Positions 18,950-32,630 of a stretch of 64,000 nucleotides of DNA are shown one piece after another. The translations under genes were made by a program, and so were the position numbers. Within the stretch, counting starts at the first letter, position 1, and every line of letters begins with the position of its first letter. Below the pieces are notes generated by a model that was not told the DNA's origin, ran no database searches, and saw only the letters and a program-made list of their open reading frames with translations. The stretch comes from Smithellaceae bacterium (GTDB lineage Bacteria > Desulfobacterota > Syntrophia > Syntrophales > Smithellaceae), in assembly GCA_963667845.2 (NCBI GenBank), contig CAXXVL010000002.1, positions 2,912,001-2,976,000 on the forward strand. Direction: 5' to 3'.

Positions 18950-20917
18950 ATGATTGAGTATGAAAAAGAGCTGAATCCGGAACAATACCGAGTTGTCACA
19001 GAAGAAGGCGGGCCGCTTCTTGTTCTTGCGGGAGCAGGAAGCGGCAAAACGCGCACGCTGACTTACCGGGTTGCTCATCTCCTGGAAACCGGCGTCAAGC
19101 CGGAAAGTATTCTCCTCGCTACATTTACGAATAAGGCCTCCCGATCCATGCTGAATCGGGTAGAAAGCCTTGTGGGTTGCTATACGGGGAAAATAATGGG
19201 TGGCACATTTCACTCCATCGCCCATCGCTTTCTCCGCAGCTACGCTTTCCGTCTGGGATATCAAAACAGCTTCTCGATCGTCGACAGTGAAGATGCACGG
19301 CAGATTATTGCATCAGCGATGGGCGAGTTGAAGATTGATACCAAGCTGACCAAGTTTCCCAAAAACAATATCATCGCCGAAATGATCAGCCTGGCGCTGA
19401 ACACGGAGATTACGCTGGAAGATGTGATTGCTTCGCGATACCCGTTCTTTCTACATCTGAGTATGGACCTTCATCAAATCGCCTGCCGCTACGAGCAAAA
19501 AAAGAAAGACCTCAACGTGATGGATTTTGATGACCTCCTGGCCAACTGCCGGCGGCTGCTTCGGGATAATCCCGATGTTTTGGAGACGCTGTCGCAGAGG
19601 TTTCATCACGTGCTGGTGGATGAATATCAGGATACGAACATCATTCAGGCCGAGATAGTCGATCTGCTGGCCTCTGGCCATCGCAATCTGATGGTCGTGG
19701 GGGATGATTCGCAAAGCATTTATTCTTTTCGCGGCGCTAATTTTGAGAATATCATCCATTTTCCCGAACGCTATCCCGATTGTAAAATTTTCAAGCTCGA
19801 GACCAACTATCGCAGCACGCCGGAAATCCTTCATCTGGCCAATCTGAGCATCAATAATAACGAAAACCAATTTCCCAAGTCATTGAAGGCCGTCCGCAAC
19901 GCGGGCATGCGGCCGGTCATGGTTTCCGCGCAGAACGTTTTAAAGCAGGCGGACTTTGTCGCTCAAAGAATTGCCGAATTGTCGCGCAGCGGGGTGCCCT
20001 TCAGCGAGATGGCCGTTCTCTATCGCGCCCACTATCATTCGATGGAAGTGCAGATGGAGTTCGTCAGACGCGATATTCCTTTCGACATTCGTTCCGGTAT
20101 CCGTTTTTTTGAGCAGGCGCATATCAAAGACGTGACATCTTATATGAGGATTTTGATCAATCCCCAGGATGAACTGGCGTGGCGCCGGCTTCTCATGATG
20201 TATCCCAAAATAGGCAAGGTGACGTTTGAAAAAATCTGGAGCCGGCTTGCCAAACAGGATAATCCGCTGGAGTCATTCTTGACGGATGCATTTGTGAAAG
20301 CCGTACCCAAAACAGCGCAAAACGGCGTTGAGCAGTGCCGGAAGATATTGCTGACATTGCTTTCGCTGGATGTCCCTGACCGAGTACCGGAAAAAATTAT
20401 CGATCTGCTGTTAAACAAGGGTGACTACCGGACGTACCTTCAGGATAACTATTCCGACGCATCGGCGCGCGAAGAAGATTTAATCCAGCTGGGGAATTTT
20501 GCCGCCAAGTTTGAGCGGATGGATGATTTTCTGAACGAACTGGCGCTGCTCACCAATATGTCTAAAGAGGAAGAGATCGAAGAGCAGCAGGTCGACAAGG
20601 TTATCTTAAGCACGATCCATCAGGCCAAAGGGCTCGAATGGTCTTATGTCTTTCTGATCTGGTGCGCCGACGGCATGATTCCCCTGCAGCGGGCGCTCAA
20701 GGAACCGGGAGGAGAAGAAGAGGAAAGAAGGCTCTTCTATGTCGCCGTGACGCGCGCCAAGGATCAACTCTATCTTTCTTCACCCGTGCTGGACTATACC
20801 CGCTCCGCAGGCACACTGACACTCAGTCCGTCGCGCTTTATTAGCGAAATAGCGCCCCTGTCCTCCAAAGACGAACAGCGTCCATTTGAACAATGGACGC
20901 TGTTTGATGATTATTAA
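18950..20917 (+). CDS. ATP-dependent DNA helicase, UvrD/PcrA family
   Basis: LAGAGSGKT, TFTNKA, LVDEYQDTN, VGDDSQSIYSFRGA, NYRS, STIHQAKGLE, EERRLFYVAVTRAK. Confidence 0.95.
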   Translation: MIEYEKELNPEQYRVVTEEGGPLLVLAGAGSGKTRTLTYRVAHLLETGVKPESILLATFTNKASRSMLNRVESLVGCYTGKIMGGTFHSIAHRFLRSYAFRLGYQNSFSIVDSEDARQIIASAMGELKIDTKLTKFPKNNIIAEMISLALNTEITLEDVIASRYPFFLHLSMDLHQIACRYEQKKKDLNVMDFDDLLANCRRLLRDNPDVLETLSQRFHHVLVDEYQDTNIIQAEIVDLLASGHRNLMVVGDDSQSIYSFRGANFENIIHFPERYPDCKIFKLETNYRSTPEILHLANLSINNNENQFPKSLKAVRNAGMRPVMVSAQNVLKQADFVAQRIAELSRSGVPFSEMAVLYRAHYHSMEVQMEFVRRDIPFDIRSGIRFFEQAHIKDVTSYMRILINPQDELAWRRLLMMYPKIGKVTFEKIWSRLAKQDNPLESFLTDAFVKAVPKTAQNGVEQCRKILLTLLSLDVPDRVPEKIIDLLLNKGDYRTYLQDNYSDASAREEDLIQLGNFAAKFERMDDFLNELALLTNMSKEEEIEEQQVDKVILSTIHQAKGLEWSYVFLIWCADGMIPLQRALKEPGGEEEERRLFYVAVTRAKDQLYLSSPVLDYTRSAGTLTLSPSRFISEIAPLSSKDEQRPFEQWTLFDDY

Positions 20918-20932
20918 AAAACTCGTCAGACT

Positions 20933-22705
20933 TTAGACAATCTTTAAGGAAAGTTCCATCAGCTGTTCGATGCTGACCTTGGACGGGGCTTCAGACATAA
21001 GATCCGCCGCTTTCTGCGTTTTCGGGAAGGCAATGACGTCGCGGATCGATTCCGCCTTGGTCATGATCATGGTGAGCCGATCCAGACCGAAGGCCAGTCC
21101 TCCATGAGGAGGAGCACCGCATTCCAGTGCGTCCAGTAAAAATCCGAACTTCAGCCTCGCTTCTTCATCGCTTAATCCCAGCGCACTGAACACCTGCGAC
21201 TGGACGTCTTTGCGGTGGATACGAATGCTGCCGCCGCCGATTTCCGAGCCGTTCAGGACCAGATCGTAGGCTTTGGCTCTGACTTTTCCGGGATCCGCGG
21301 TCATGAGCGGAATATCCTCGATAAACGGAGATGTAAAAGGATGATGAGTCGACATGAATCGTTTTTCCGTTTCCGAATATTCCATCAATGGAAATTCCGT
21401 AATCCACGTGAAGGCCAGGGCATCCGGATCAATGAGATTGAGCTTCTTGCCCAGATTCAGGCGCAGATTGCCCAGAGAGTCGCTGACCACCTTCGGCGTA
21501 TCGGCGACAAAGAAAATGATGTCTCCCTCCTTGGCATCCATGGCTTCGTTGATACGAGCAACGACCGGAGGTATTAGGAATTTATAAATCGGCGATGTCC
21601 AGTCGGCGGCATTGACTTTGGCCCAGGCCAGGCCTTTGGCGCCGTAAATAGCTACGAAATCTTTGAGGCCATCGAGGTCTTTACGGGATAAGGCGGAAGC
21701 CTGCTGGGCTTTGATGGCTTTGATGACACCGCCGGATGCGGCGACTTCCGCGAACAGCTTGAAGCCCGAGTCTTTTACGATGGCCGTGAGGTCGACAATT
21801 TCCATTCCGAAGCGGATGTCGGGATTATCCTTTCCGTAACGGCTGATGGCGTCGGCGTATTTCAGCCGGGGGAAGGGAAGGGTCAGGTCTTTATTGAGAC
21901 AGGCCTTGAAGATGGCCTTCATCAGGCCTTCCATCATCTGCATGATGTCTTCTTCCGTGATAAAGGACATTTCCACGTCGATCTGAGTGAATTCAGGCTG
22001 GCGATCGGCGCGCAGATCCTCGTCGCGGAAACATTTCGCAATTTGAAAATAGCGGTCAAAACCGGAAACCATCAGGAGTTGCTTGAAAATTTGCGGCGAT
22101 TGCGGCAGGGCATAAAACGTTCCCTTGTTGACGCGGCTGGGGACCAGATAATCGCGTGCTCCTTCCGGCGTGCTCTTGCCCAGGAAAGGTGTTTCAACTT
22201 CGATAAAGCCATTGTCGTTAAAATATTGACGGGTGGCAATCGCCAGCTTGCTGCGCAGGAACAAATTCTTCTGAATGGCCGGTCGGCGCAAATCCAGATA
22301 ACGGTATTTGAGACGGACGTTTTCGGAAATGTCTTCTTCATCAAAAGAGAAGGGAGGCGTTTTGGATTCGTTCAGAATCTCCAGTTCGGAGATAATCACT
22401 TCGACCTGGCCTGTGGAGATGGCGGAGTTATCCATGCCTTCCGGCCTCTCGCGCACTTTGCCTTTCACCGCCAGGACGTATTCGCTCCGGATTTTGTGCG
22501 CCTCTCCGTGCACGGTTTCTCCCGCTTCAGGATTGAAGACAATCTGAACGATGCCTTCGCGGTCGCGCAAATCGACGAAGATGACGCCGCCGTGATCTCT
22601 GCGGCGCTGAGCCCAACCGAACAAGATGACTTCACTGCCGACATCGGCTACCCTGACATTTCCGCAATAATGTGTTCTTTTTTCCTTCGTAATAAATTGG
22701 CTCAC
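20933..22705 (-). CDS. aspS: Aspartate--tRNA ligase
   Basis: [57 protein letters not shown]. Confidence 0.99.
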   Translation of the reverse strand: MSQFITKEKRTHYCGNVRVADVGSEVILFGWAQRRRDHGGVIFVDLRDREGIVQIVFNPEAGETVHGEAHKIRSEYVLAVKGKVRERPEGMDNSAISTGQVEVIISELEILNESKTPPFSFDEEDISENVRLKYRYLDLRRPAIQKNLFLRSKLAIATRQYFNDNGFIEVETPFLGKSTPEGARDYLVPSRVNKGTFYALPQSPQIFKQLLMVSGFDRYFQIAKCFRDEDLRADRQPEFTQIDVEMSFITEEDIMQMMEGLMKAIFKACLNKDLTLPFPRLKYADAISRYGKDNPDIRFGMEIVDLTAIVKDSGFKLFAEVAASGGVIKAIKAQQASALSRKDLDGLKDFVAIYGAKGLAWAKVNAADWTSPIYKFLIPPVVARINEAMDAKEGDIIFFVADTPKVVSDSLGNLRLNLGKKLNLIDPDALAFTWITEFPLMEYSETEKRFMSTHHPFTSPFIEDIPLMTADPGKVRAKAYDLVLNGSEIGGGSIRIHRKDVQSQVFSALGLSDEEARLKFGFLLDALECGAPPHGGLAFGLDRLTMIMTKAESIRDVIAFPKTQKAADLMSEAPSKVSIEQLMELSLKIV

Positions 22706-23976
22706 AAACCTGATCCCTCTCTTTTAAAAATATTCGTAATGGCCTCCAGCATATGGTCCAGAGGCAAACTTTGTTGATCCTTTGTCTTCATATCGCGTAA
22801 CTGGGCCCGGTTTTCGTCGAGTTCCTTGTCTCCGAAAATCAACGTGTAGGCACTATTGAGTTTATCGGCGCGCTTCATCTGGCTTTTCAGGCTTTTGTCC
22901 GAATAATCCATAGCGGCGCTGATGCCTCTTCTGCGCAGCTCCTGAGTCAGGCCGAAGCCGATTTTCTGAGCGCGCGCGCCGAGGGCGGCGATAAAGATGT
23001 CCATGCGATAAGGGTTTTGATCCGATGATGGCAGACAGGCAATAAGCCTCTCCAGACCGATGCCGAATCCGATGCCGGGCACTTCGGGACCGCCCAGAAA
23101 ACTCACCAGCCCATCATAGCGGCCGCCTCCTGCCAGAGAATTTTGTGCACCTAAGGCGCCGGATTTCACCTCAAAAGCTGTCTTTGTATAGTAATCCAGG
23201 CCGCGCACCATTTTGGGATTGATTTCATAGGGCAGCTTCAGATCATTGAGATATTCTTTTACTGCGGAAAAATGTTCCGAGCATTCTGTGCAAAGATAAT
23301 TCAAGATGAGCGGCGCACCGGCAATGACCGAGGCACAGGTTTCCACCTTGCAGTCAAAGACACGCAGCGGATTGGTGTTGATTCGCCGCTGACAGTCCGG
23401 GCAAAGGGAACTCTCCGATCCCTTCAGATATTCGACCACCGCCCGGGAAAAAACCGGTCGGCATGCTTTACAGCCCAGTGAATTGATCTCCAAAGATAAT
23501 TTTTCGACGCCCAGTGATTGCAGAAAATGCATTAACAGGAAGATAACTTCCGCGTCGGAGGCCGGTTGATCATCGCCGAATAATTCCACGTCGATTTGAT
23601 GAAACTGGCGGAAACGGCCCTTTTGCGGACGTTCACGGCGAAACATCGGGCCCATGGTGTAAAGTCTGGTGACCGGATCAGAGGCCAGGAGATTATGTTC
23701 AATATAGGCGCGGATGACGGATGCCGTGGCTTCCGGCCGCAGAGTAAGGAGTTCATCATCCCGGTCGCGGAAAGTGTACATTTCCTTTTCCACGATATCG
23801 GTGGTTTCTCCGATACTGCGCTGGAACAGCGCCGTTTTCTCCATAATCGGCACACGGATTTCACAAAAGCCAAAGCATTCAAAAACTTTACGGGCCGTCA
23901 ACTCCACCTGATGCCAGATCGGTGAATCCTTGGGCAGGATATCTTTAATTCCCTTGATAGCTGTGATTTTTTCCAT
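22702..23976 (-). CDS. hisS: Histidine--tRNA ligase
   Basis: [44 protein letters not shown]; start MEKITAIKG at 23976. Confidence 0.98.
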   Translation of the reverse strand: MEKITAIKGIKDILPKDSPIWHQVELTARKVFECFGFCEIRVPIMEKTALFQRSIGETTDIVEKEMYTFRDRDDELLTLRPEATASVIRAYIEHNLLASDPVTRLYTMGPMFRRERPQKGRFRQFHQIDVELFGDDQPASDAEVIFLLMHFLQSLGVEKLSLEINSLGCKACRPVFSRAVVEYLKGSESSLCPDCQRRINTNPLRVFDCKVETCASVIAGAPLILNYLCTECSEHFSAVKEYLNDLKLPYEINPKMVRGLDYYTKTAFEVKSGALGAQNSLAGGGRYDGLVSFLGGPEVPGIGFGIGLERLIACLPSSDQNPYRMDIFIAALGARAQKIGFGLTQELRRRGISAAMDYSDKSLKSQMKRADKLNSAYTLIFGDKELDENRAQLRDMKTKDQQSLPLDHMLEAITNIFKREGSGL

Positions 23977-23987
23977 ATACGTTTTCC

Positions 23988-24149
23988 AAAAGCCCCGCGC
24001 TGGCCTTTCCAATGTCCTGATGGGGAGGATCTCAAGCAAGGAGCTTTGTTGCTTCCTGCGTGCGGGTCTGTCGCTTTGCCCGTTCCATTGTGACCCGATA
24101 CGACTTCGGGCCGTATTTAGCGAGTCCGGACATCGATCGACGCGCTTTT
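23988..24149 (-). ncRNA. Candidate structured cis-regulatory RNA in the hisS-aspS leader
   Basis: Long closing stem plus three internal hairpins; G-U pairs work only on the minus (sense) strand; see findings. Confidence 0.5.
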
Positions 24150-24183
24150 CTGCGGCATTTAAGTTCCACAAATAAATCGGTAG

Positions 24184-24212
24184 CTTCTAGCATATCGCCC
24201 GATAGTTGGCAA
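24184..24212 (-). promoter_or_regulatory. Putative sigma70 promoter of the hisS-aspS leader
   Basis: Minus strand TTGCCA-17 bp-TAGAAG with extended -10 TG. Confidence 0.55.
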
Positions 24213-24219
24213 TTAAATA

Positions 24220-26718
24220 TTATTGGCGCTTGGCCGGCTCATCCGGTTTTTCCAGCCAGGGATTGACCTGAAGGGTTTTACCGTCGGAATATATGAAAAT
24301 CGCTCCATTTCTATCAGTGCGGAAAATTACCGTTCCGGCTTGCCTATAGCGATCGATAACCGCAGGGTGAGGATGGCGGAAGACATTACTTCTTCCGGCA
24401 CTGATGATTGCAAAGCGGCTGGAAATGGCGTGGATAAAATCGCTGGAGTTGGAGTGAATTGAACCGTGATGCGGCACGAATAGCAGATCGCTCCTTAAGT
24501 CGCGTCCCGAAGTCAGCAACAGTGCTTCAACGCGTGCTGATATATCGCCCGTCAATATAAGGCTGTTGGCCCCATGTGCAATTTTCATGACCAGGGAAGA
24601 ATCATTGGCATCGCGATACGTTATTTCTTTTTGTCTATCGACTGCTGGAGGTAACGGCCACAGGAACTGGAGATGGACGCCGGATATCTGCTCGGGCGGC
24701 GATAGTGCTGAGAGAACCTTTACCTCTATTTCGCGGTCACGGATTAATTCTGCCCAGGTTTGATAGAGATCGTCATCGGCGGCAGCATTTGTGCACCACA
24801 CTTTCCGGACATCGAAATTCTTTACGATATATATCAAACCTTGAAGATGATCAGGATGTGGATGCGTGAGAACAACAATATCAATTCGTTTGATCCTTTG
24901 GGCATAGAGAAACGGTGCTATGACCGCTTTTCCCATATCGAATGAACTGTCATGAAAACCACCACCGTCAACCATCATATTGACGCCGTGAGGGAATTGA
25001 ATGAGTGTGGCCGAGCCTTGTCCGACGTCAATGGCCGTGATTCTCAAACCAGGGGCATATTTATCTTTCACGGCAAGATAAACAGAATCGCCGATGATCA
25101 ATGCCAGCGAGACAATGAGCGTCACTCTGATAAACAACGGATGACGTGCCGAGAATGCTTTTCTATTTCTTTTGTCCAAGGGAATCAATGTTTCGATCAG
25201 GAGAAAGAGAAAGAAATAGAACAATATTATTTCAGCCATGTTCGGCTTGGTAAAGGTGCAGGTCGACCACGGCAGCGATGCCAGCCAGTTAATGATCGCA
25301 ACGGAAATACCGGTTAAAAATGATGCGGCCGAAATGAGAAGACCGGCCATCCCGGGCGAGAACAGCGCAATTATAATAAAGCCCATGGCCGGAATCAGTG
25401 CCAGCATTCCCAACAGGGGAACTGCGATAAGGTTGGCGATTAACGTGACAGTGGATGCCCGGTTGAAATAAAACACGATAATGGGAAGAGTGCCCATGGT
25501 GGCGGCAGCAGAAACCAGCAGGAATAGATAAACCCGTCGACAGAGCGTTTGCAGCCAATGAGGTGTGTATAAAGGTAACCCCAGGGGAATATCGCTGAAT
25601 TTGGGAACGATATATAAAATGGCAAACACAGCGCCGAAGGATAATTGAAAAGAAATATCAAAAAGTGACTCGGGTGCGATGATCAATATGATCAAAGCCG
25701 CGGCAAAGAGGATATTATAGGGGTCTCTTTGCTTTTGTATGAGTAACGCCGCGAGAATGGCGAGCGTCATAAGGGTTGATCGAATCACCGTTGTTCCCAT
25801 TCCGGCAACCAATGCATAGATAATGACGGGCATCAAAGACGCGGCCGTGGCTACTTTGACAGTATTGAATCTAAGCATCAGATGCTCTGAAAATCTCATG
25901 AGAAAAAATATCAGTAAAAAACCGCCTGCTGCCACCATTCCGATATGCAGTCCGGAAATGGAGAGAATGTGAGATGTGCCGGTTTTGGCGAAATTTTCGC
26001 GAACGTCCGGTGGAATAGCTTTCTGATTACCGAGCGTCATGGCTTCAATGATTTCTCGCTGAGGGGAGGGGGCATTCTTGTAAATGAGATCTCTTAAATA
26101 CAACCGAAATGTTTCCAATCTCAAATAAATGCCGCTGCCTGAATTGCGCCGTATCAGAACAATGCCGGCGTGGCTGGCTACGAATCCGGAAACATAAATA
26201 TCCCGGCGGTTAAGATAGCGTTCGTAATCGAAGCTGCCGGGATTATGAAAACTCTGGATTTTCTTTACCGTGGAATGAAATCGGATAAAATCACCGTACT
26301 GAAAACTGAGGTCCCCCGGTACGACCAGCCGAATATTTCCTGTTGCAGAAACAATAGAATTATTCTTAATCAATCTTCGGCAATTTACCACCAAAACCCC
26401 GCCGGATGGGGAAATGGCTTCGGTCGACTGGACAACGCCTTCAACCGTTATTCGGCCTTGACCGGCTTGATGGATAATATGTTGCTTGTGATCCGTCAAG
26501 TATTGCGGCCTTTGGATATCGAATAAGCCGACGATGAGCATCAGCAAAATAAGAAGACTGAAGGATGCCTTTTCCCATCGCCGTCTTACACTGAGAAGTA
26601 AAATGAACAGGACTGCCAATGCTCCGATGATTAAGAGAAGAGAAGACGTTCTAATATTATCACCGATCAGAATGCCGATCATCAAACCGATAAGAGGATA
26701 GAATATGGGTCTGCGCAT
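24220..26718 (-). CDS. comEC: DNA internalization competence protein ComEC/Rec2
   Basis: NPGSFDY, HILSISGLHIG, SFQLSF, metallo-beta-lactamase domain DVGQG, THPHPDH, PHHGS, RTDRNG. Confidence 0.96.
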   Translation of the reverse strand: MRRPIFYPLIGLMIGILIGDNIRTSSLLLIIGALAVLFILLLSVRRRWEKASFSLLILLMLIVGLFDIQRPQYLTDHKQHIIHQAGQGRITVEGVVQSTEAISPSGGVLVVNCRRLIKNNSIVSATGNIRLVVPGDLSFQYGDFIRFHSTVKKIQSFHNPGSFDYERYLNRRDIYVSGFVASHAGIVLIRRNSGSGIYLRLETFRLYLRDLIYKNAPSPQREIIEAMTLGNQKAIPPDVRENFAKTGTSHILSISGLHIGMVAAGGFLLIFFLMRFSEHLMLRFNTVKVATAASLMPVIIYALVAGMGTTVIRSTLMTLAILAALLIQKQRDPYNILFAAALIILIIAPESLFDISFQLSFGAVFAILYIVPKFSDIPLGLPLYTPHWLQTLCRRVYLFLLVSAAATMGTLPIIVFYFNRASTVTLIANLIAVPLLGMLALIPAMGFIIIALFSPGMAGLLISAASFLTGISVAIINWLASLPWSTCTFTKPNMAEIILFYFFLFLLIETLIPLDKRNRKAFSARHPLFIRVTLIVSLALIIGDSVYLAVKDKYAPGLRITAIDVGQGSATLIQFPHGVNMMVDGGGFHDSSFDMGKAVIAPFLYAQRIKRIDIVVLTHPHPDHLQGLIYIVKNFDVRKVWCTNAAADDDLYQTWAELIRDREIEVKVLSALSPPEQISGVHLQFLWPLPPAVDRQKEITYRDANDSSLVMKIAHGANSLILTGDISARVEALLLTSGRDLRSDLLFVPHHGSIHSNSSDFIHAISSRFAIISAGRSNVFRHPHPAVIDRYRQAGTVIFRTDRNGAIFIYSDGKTLQVNPWLEKPDEPAKRQ

Positions 26719-26828
26719 AATAGAAAATATTCTTTTAACGAGAAAGAACTCAAATGATTAGCTAAAAACAGTAAAATGTAATAAAATTTAAAAAAGTATC
26801 CTCATGGATCATTATTCGGAAACGCACT

Positions 26829-28487
26829 ATGCATCAAAATAGGGAACAAGACGAGAGAACCTGGCAGCGGCTCAAGTTATTGATCATCATCAGGCTGATC
26901 GTCATTTCCATATTTTTGGTGGTCGCATTCCTCCTGGAAATGATGAAAAACGTTCTTCCAGTTTTGCCGACCATCATGAATTTAATTTATGCTGTTATTC
27001 TTGTGATGTATGTTCTGTCCTTATTTTATACACTGCTTTTAAGAAAAGAAAAGTATTTTCGGCTGAATATTTATACGCAGTTCATTGCCGATATTGTTCT
27101 GGTTTCTTTACTCGTCTATTTGACCGGCAGCATCGGAAGCAACTATTCACTGCTCTATACACTGGTTATTATCTATTCTTCGCTATTCCTGGGCCGAAAA
27201 GGGGCGCTGATCATTGCTTCTGTTTCCAGCGTTGTTTTCGGGTTGGTTCTGGAGCTTGAATACTTCAAAATTATTTCCACAATCTATTCCACCGGTCGGG
27301 ATTATTCTGTGGAAACGAGTGATGTATTCGTCAGAGTTGCCGTGCATATCTTATCTTTCTATATTGTGGCGTTCCTGGCCAGTTTTGTCGTTGAACAGGA
27401 AAAGAAAACAAGGTCGCTTCTGGAAGAGAGGGAATCAGCATTTGATCAATTGGATCTTCTTTTCCGCAGCATCATTGAATCGGTGGATACCGGTATTTTG
27501 ACGACCACTATGCAGGGGAGGATAAAAACGTTCAATCGAGCGGCCGAATCAATCACGGGTTTTGATCTCGCTTCACTGGAGAATCGACAGATACGGGACA
27601 TCTTTCCGGAGTTCAGCGCCTTTTTTGACGCGGACACAGTTGATTTAATCAAGAGTCGCAGAGAAATCAAAGTTGCCCTCGGGTCAGGCGCGCAGGTTCA
27701 TTTGGGCTGTTCGTTTTCTCCCTTGAGAGACAGGTATGGCAAACAAATCGGCCATATTCTGATCTTTCAGGATTTGACGGAAATAAAGCGAATGGAAGAA
27801 GATCTTGAAAAGAGCAAGAGGCTCGCGTTGATTGGAGAAATGGCGGCCGGCTTTGCACATGAAATGAGAAATCCTCTGGCATCCATTACCGGTTCCATTC
27901 AATTGCTCGGACAGACGGCCAGAATGGAGGATACTGACAAGCGGTTAATGCAGATCATTATGCGCGGCAAAGACCAGCTGGATAGCTTCGTCCGCGATTT
28001 TCTTCTCCTTGCCCGTCCCGTTCCGCAAATAAGAGAACCGGTGAGTCTTCCTGAAGTCGCGGAAGAGGTGATAGAAAATATAAGATTGTCGAGCGAATGG
28101 ACGGAAGGTCTTAAAATTGTCAGAACTTTTTCGGGACAAAGTAAAGCCTTTGCGAACAGAGAACAAATCCGTCAAATTATTCAAAATCTGATGCTCAACG
28201 CAGTGCAGGCCTCGGATAGGCCAGGAAATATATTCCTTGAAATTAAAGCGTTGAACCTGGATGATGGGAAAAATTATACGTTGATCCGAGTTACGGACGA
28301 AGGATGCGGAATTGATGAAAGAGATTTAAAAAATGTATTTGAACCGTTCTTTACCAAAAAGGAAAAGGGAACCGGTTTAGGATTGGCTATCGTCAGTCGC
28401 ATCGTTGATGGCTACGGTGGTAAAATAAAGATTGAAAGCTGGATCGATAAGGGCACATCTGTTCGGGTTTGGTTGCCCTGTGAATAA
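26829..28487 (+). CDS. pilS: PilS-like membrane sensor histidine kinase (PAS, HisKA, HATPase)
   Basis: About six TM segments, PAS, AHEMRNPL H-box, EPFFT and GTGLGL; adjacent to a PilR-like regulator. Confidence 0.8.
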   Translation: MHQNREQDERTWQRLKLLIIIRLIVISIFLVVAFLLEMMKNVLPVLPTIMNLIYAVILVMYVLSLFYTLLLRKEKYFRLNIYTQFIADIVLVSLLVYLTGSIGSNYSLLYTLVIIYSSLFLGRKGALIIASVSSVVFGLVLELEYFKIISTIYSTGRDYSVETSDVFVRVAVHILSFYIVAFLASFVVEQEKKTRSLLEERESAFDQLDLLFRSIIESVDTGILTTTMQGRIKTFNRAAESITGFDLASLENRQIRDIFPEFSAFFDADTVDLIKSRREIKVALGSGAQVHLGCSFSPLRDRYGKQIGHILIFQDLTEIKRMEEDLEKSKRLALIGEMAAGFAHEMRNPLASITGSIQLLGQTARMEDTDKRLMQIIMRGKDQLDSFVRDFLLLARPVPQIREPVSLPEVAEEVIENIRLSSEWTEGLKIVRTFSGQSKAFANREQIRQIIQNLMLNAVQASDRPGNIFLEIKALNLDDGKNYTLIRVTDEGCGIDERDLKNVFEPFFTKKEKGTGLGLAIVSRIVDGYGGKIKIESWIDKGTSVRVWLPCE

Positions 28488-28517
28488 ACAGAGAGTTCGA
28501 TGAGAAGGAGTAACAGC

Positions 28518-29879
28518 ATGGCGAAAATTCTGGTTCTGGATGATGACCAAGGCATGAGAGAATTCATGGAGATCATGCTGACCAAAGAAGGATATGACGT
28601 CACCTCTGCCGATAATCCGGTCAAGGCGATTAACCTCTGCCGTAAAACAGCCTATGATTTGGTCATCACGGACTTGAAAATGCCCAAAATTGACGGAATC
28701 GAATTTCTGAAAACCATCAAGGATCATCGACCGCAAACAGTCGTGATTTTGATCACGGCCTATGCTTCAGGAGAGACAGCCGTTAATGCGATGAAAGAAG
28801 GGGCCTATGACTACGTAGAAAAGGGCGGCAATATTGAAGAATTGAAGCAGATTGTTCGGCAGGCCTTATTGAAAAATGGACTGGTCAATGAAGCCCCGGT
28901 TCCGAAAAACGAACCGTCCGATGCATCGTTCTTCGGTATGATCGGCTCAAGCAGAGAGATGTCCAAAGTTTTTTCAACGATTCAAAAAGTAGCCAATACT
29001 CCGGCCAATATCCTGATTCTGGGCGAAAGCGGCACCGGCAAGGAATTGGTTGCACGTGCGATTCACGCCAATTCGTCACGCTCCAAAATGCCCTTTATGG
29101 CCATTAACAGCGGCGGTATTCCCGAGAATTTGCTGGAAAGTGAATTATTCGGCTATATGAAAGGATCGTTTACCGGGGCTTATGCGGATCGCGCCGGACT
29201 TTTCGAAATGGCCAAAGGCGGGACGGTATTCCTGGACGAAATCGGTGAGCTGCCGCCGGTCCTGCAAGTTAAGCTCTTGAGAGTCGTGCAGGAAAAGACA
29301 TTTCGCCGCATCGGCGGGGCGGAAGATATCAAAGTCGACGTGCGCATTATTTCGGCGACCAATCAGAATCTGAAAGAGAAGGTAAAAAAAGGCGAATTTC
29401 GAGAAGATCTCTATTTTCGGCTGAATGTTATCCCCATTCAGATGCCGCCGCTTCGGGAAAGGAAAGAAGATATTCCTCTTCTAACCAAACATTTCGTTGA
29501 AAAATATGCCCGCGAATTCGATAAGGAAGTGAGGATGATTTCTTCATACGCAATGGAATTGTTGATGGGATATGCCTTCCCGGGAAATATTCGGGAACTG
29601 GAAAATATCATCGAACGCGGCGTGGCGATGGAGACGTCCAATATTATTCTACCCGAAAACCTGGTACTGTCCGTCGAGGCCGATGTCGAGCAGAAAACCA
29701 TGGAGCTTAGCGTCCCCGACGCAGGCATTGACCTGAATGCTGAACTGGAAGCTATAGAAAAAAGAGCGATTGAAAAAGCTCTTCTGAAAACAAAAGGTTC
29801 GAAAACGAAAGCGGCTGAACTGCTGCATGTCACGTTTGATTCATTACGCTATCGTGTTGAGAAACTGGGCATAGAATGA
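28518..29879 (+). CDS. pilR: PilR-like sigma54-dependent response regulator
   Basis: Receiver domain, GESGTGKE, ESELFG..KGSFTGA, FREDLYFRLNV, C-terminal HTH. Confidence 0.82.
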   Translation: MAKILVLDDDQGMREFMEIMLTKEGYDVTSADNPVKAINLCRKTAYDLVITDLKMPKIDGIEFLKTIKDHRPQTVVILITAYASGETAVNAMKEGAYDYVEKGGNIEELKQIVRQALLKNGLVNEAPVPKNEPSDASFFGMIGSSREMSKVFSTIQKVANTPANILILGESGTGKELVARAIHANSSRSKMPFMAINSGGIPENLLESELFGYMKGSFTGAYADRAGLFEMAKGGTVFLDEIGELPPVLQVKLLRVVQEKTFRRIGGAEDIKVDVRIISATNQNLKEKVKKGEFREDLYFRLNVIPIQMPPLRERKEDIPLLTKHFVEKYAREFDKEVRMISSYAMELLMGYAFPGNIRELENIIERGVAMETSNIILPENLVLSVEADVEQKTMELSVPDAGIDLNAELEAIEKRAIEKALLKTKGSKTKAAELLHVTFDSLRYRVEKLGIE

Positions 29880-29884
29880 TTTTC

Positions 29885-29922
29885 CCGGGAATGCGGGTTC
29901 CAGTGTGTTGCGGTATTCCCTG
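29885..29922. terminator. Hairpin between convergent pilR and acyP
   Basis: GGGAATGC ... GTATTCCC stem in the convergent gap. Confidence 0.4.
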
Positions 29923-29940
29923 GTGACTTCAGGAGACGGA

Positions 29941-32515
<2,575 letters not shown>

Positions 32516-32630
32516 GATTCAAATTTAACGTGACTTGTGTTTAAAGTCAAATCAAAAGCTTTTTACCCGAAACGCAATTTGTAAATAAAACTTGTTTTTT
32601 TTCAGTCTTACCGCTAATAAATCGGCAAAG

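Noticed and set aside
19612..19619. E. coli Chi site GCTGGTGG in a recBCD-containing genome
   Set aside because: One noticed occurrence inside a CDS is expected by chance, and Chi is lineage specific.
22043..22777. Long antisense ORFs (e.g. 22043-22777, 30480-31313, 57099-57890, 58900-59520)
   Set aside because: They are shadows of conserved genes on the opposite strand and have no recognisable motifs.
23988..24149. T-box, 6S RNA, tRNA gene or c-di-GMP riboswitch as the identity of the hisS leader
   Set aside because: No UGGNACC antiterminator or terminator, no 6S central-bubble rod, no TTCRA T-loop or CCA end, and only an isolated GGGCAAA. A formal Rfam scan is still needed.
23977..24171. 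65-aa N-terminal extension of HisS in the ORF track
   Set aside because: HisRS homology starts at MEKITAIKG; the upstream GTG is at the predicted TSS without an RBS, and the region is better explained as structured leader RNA.
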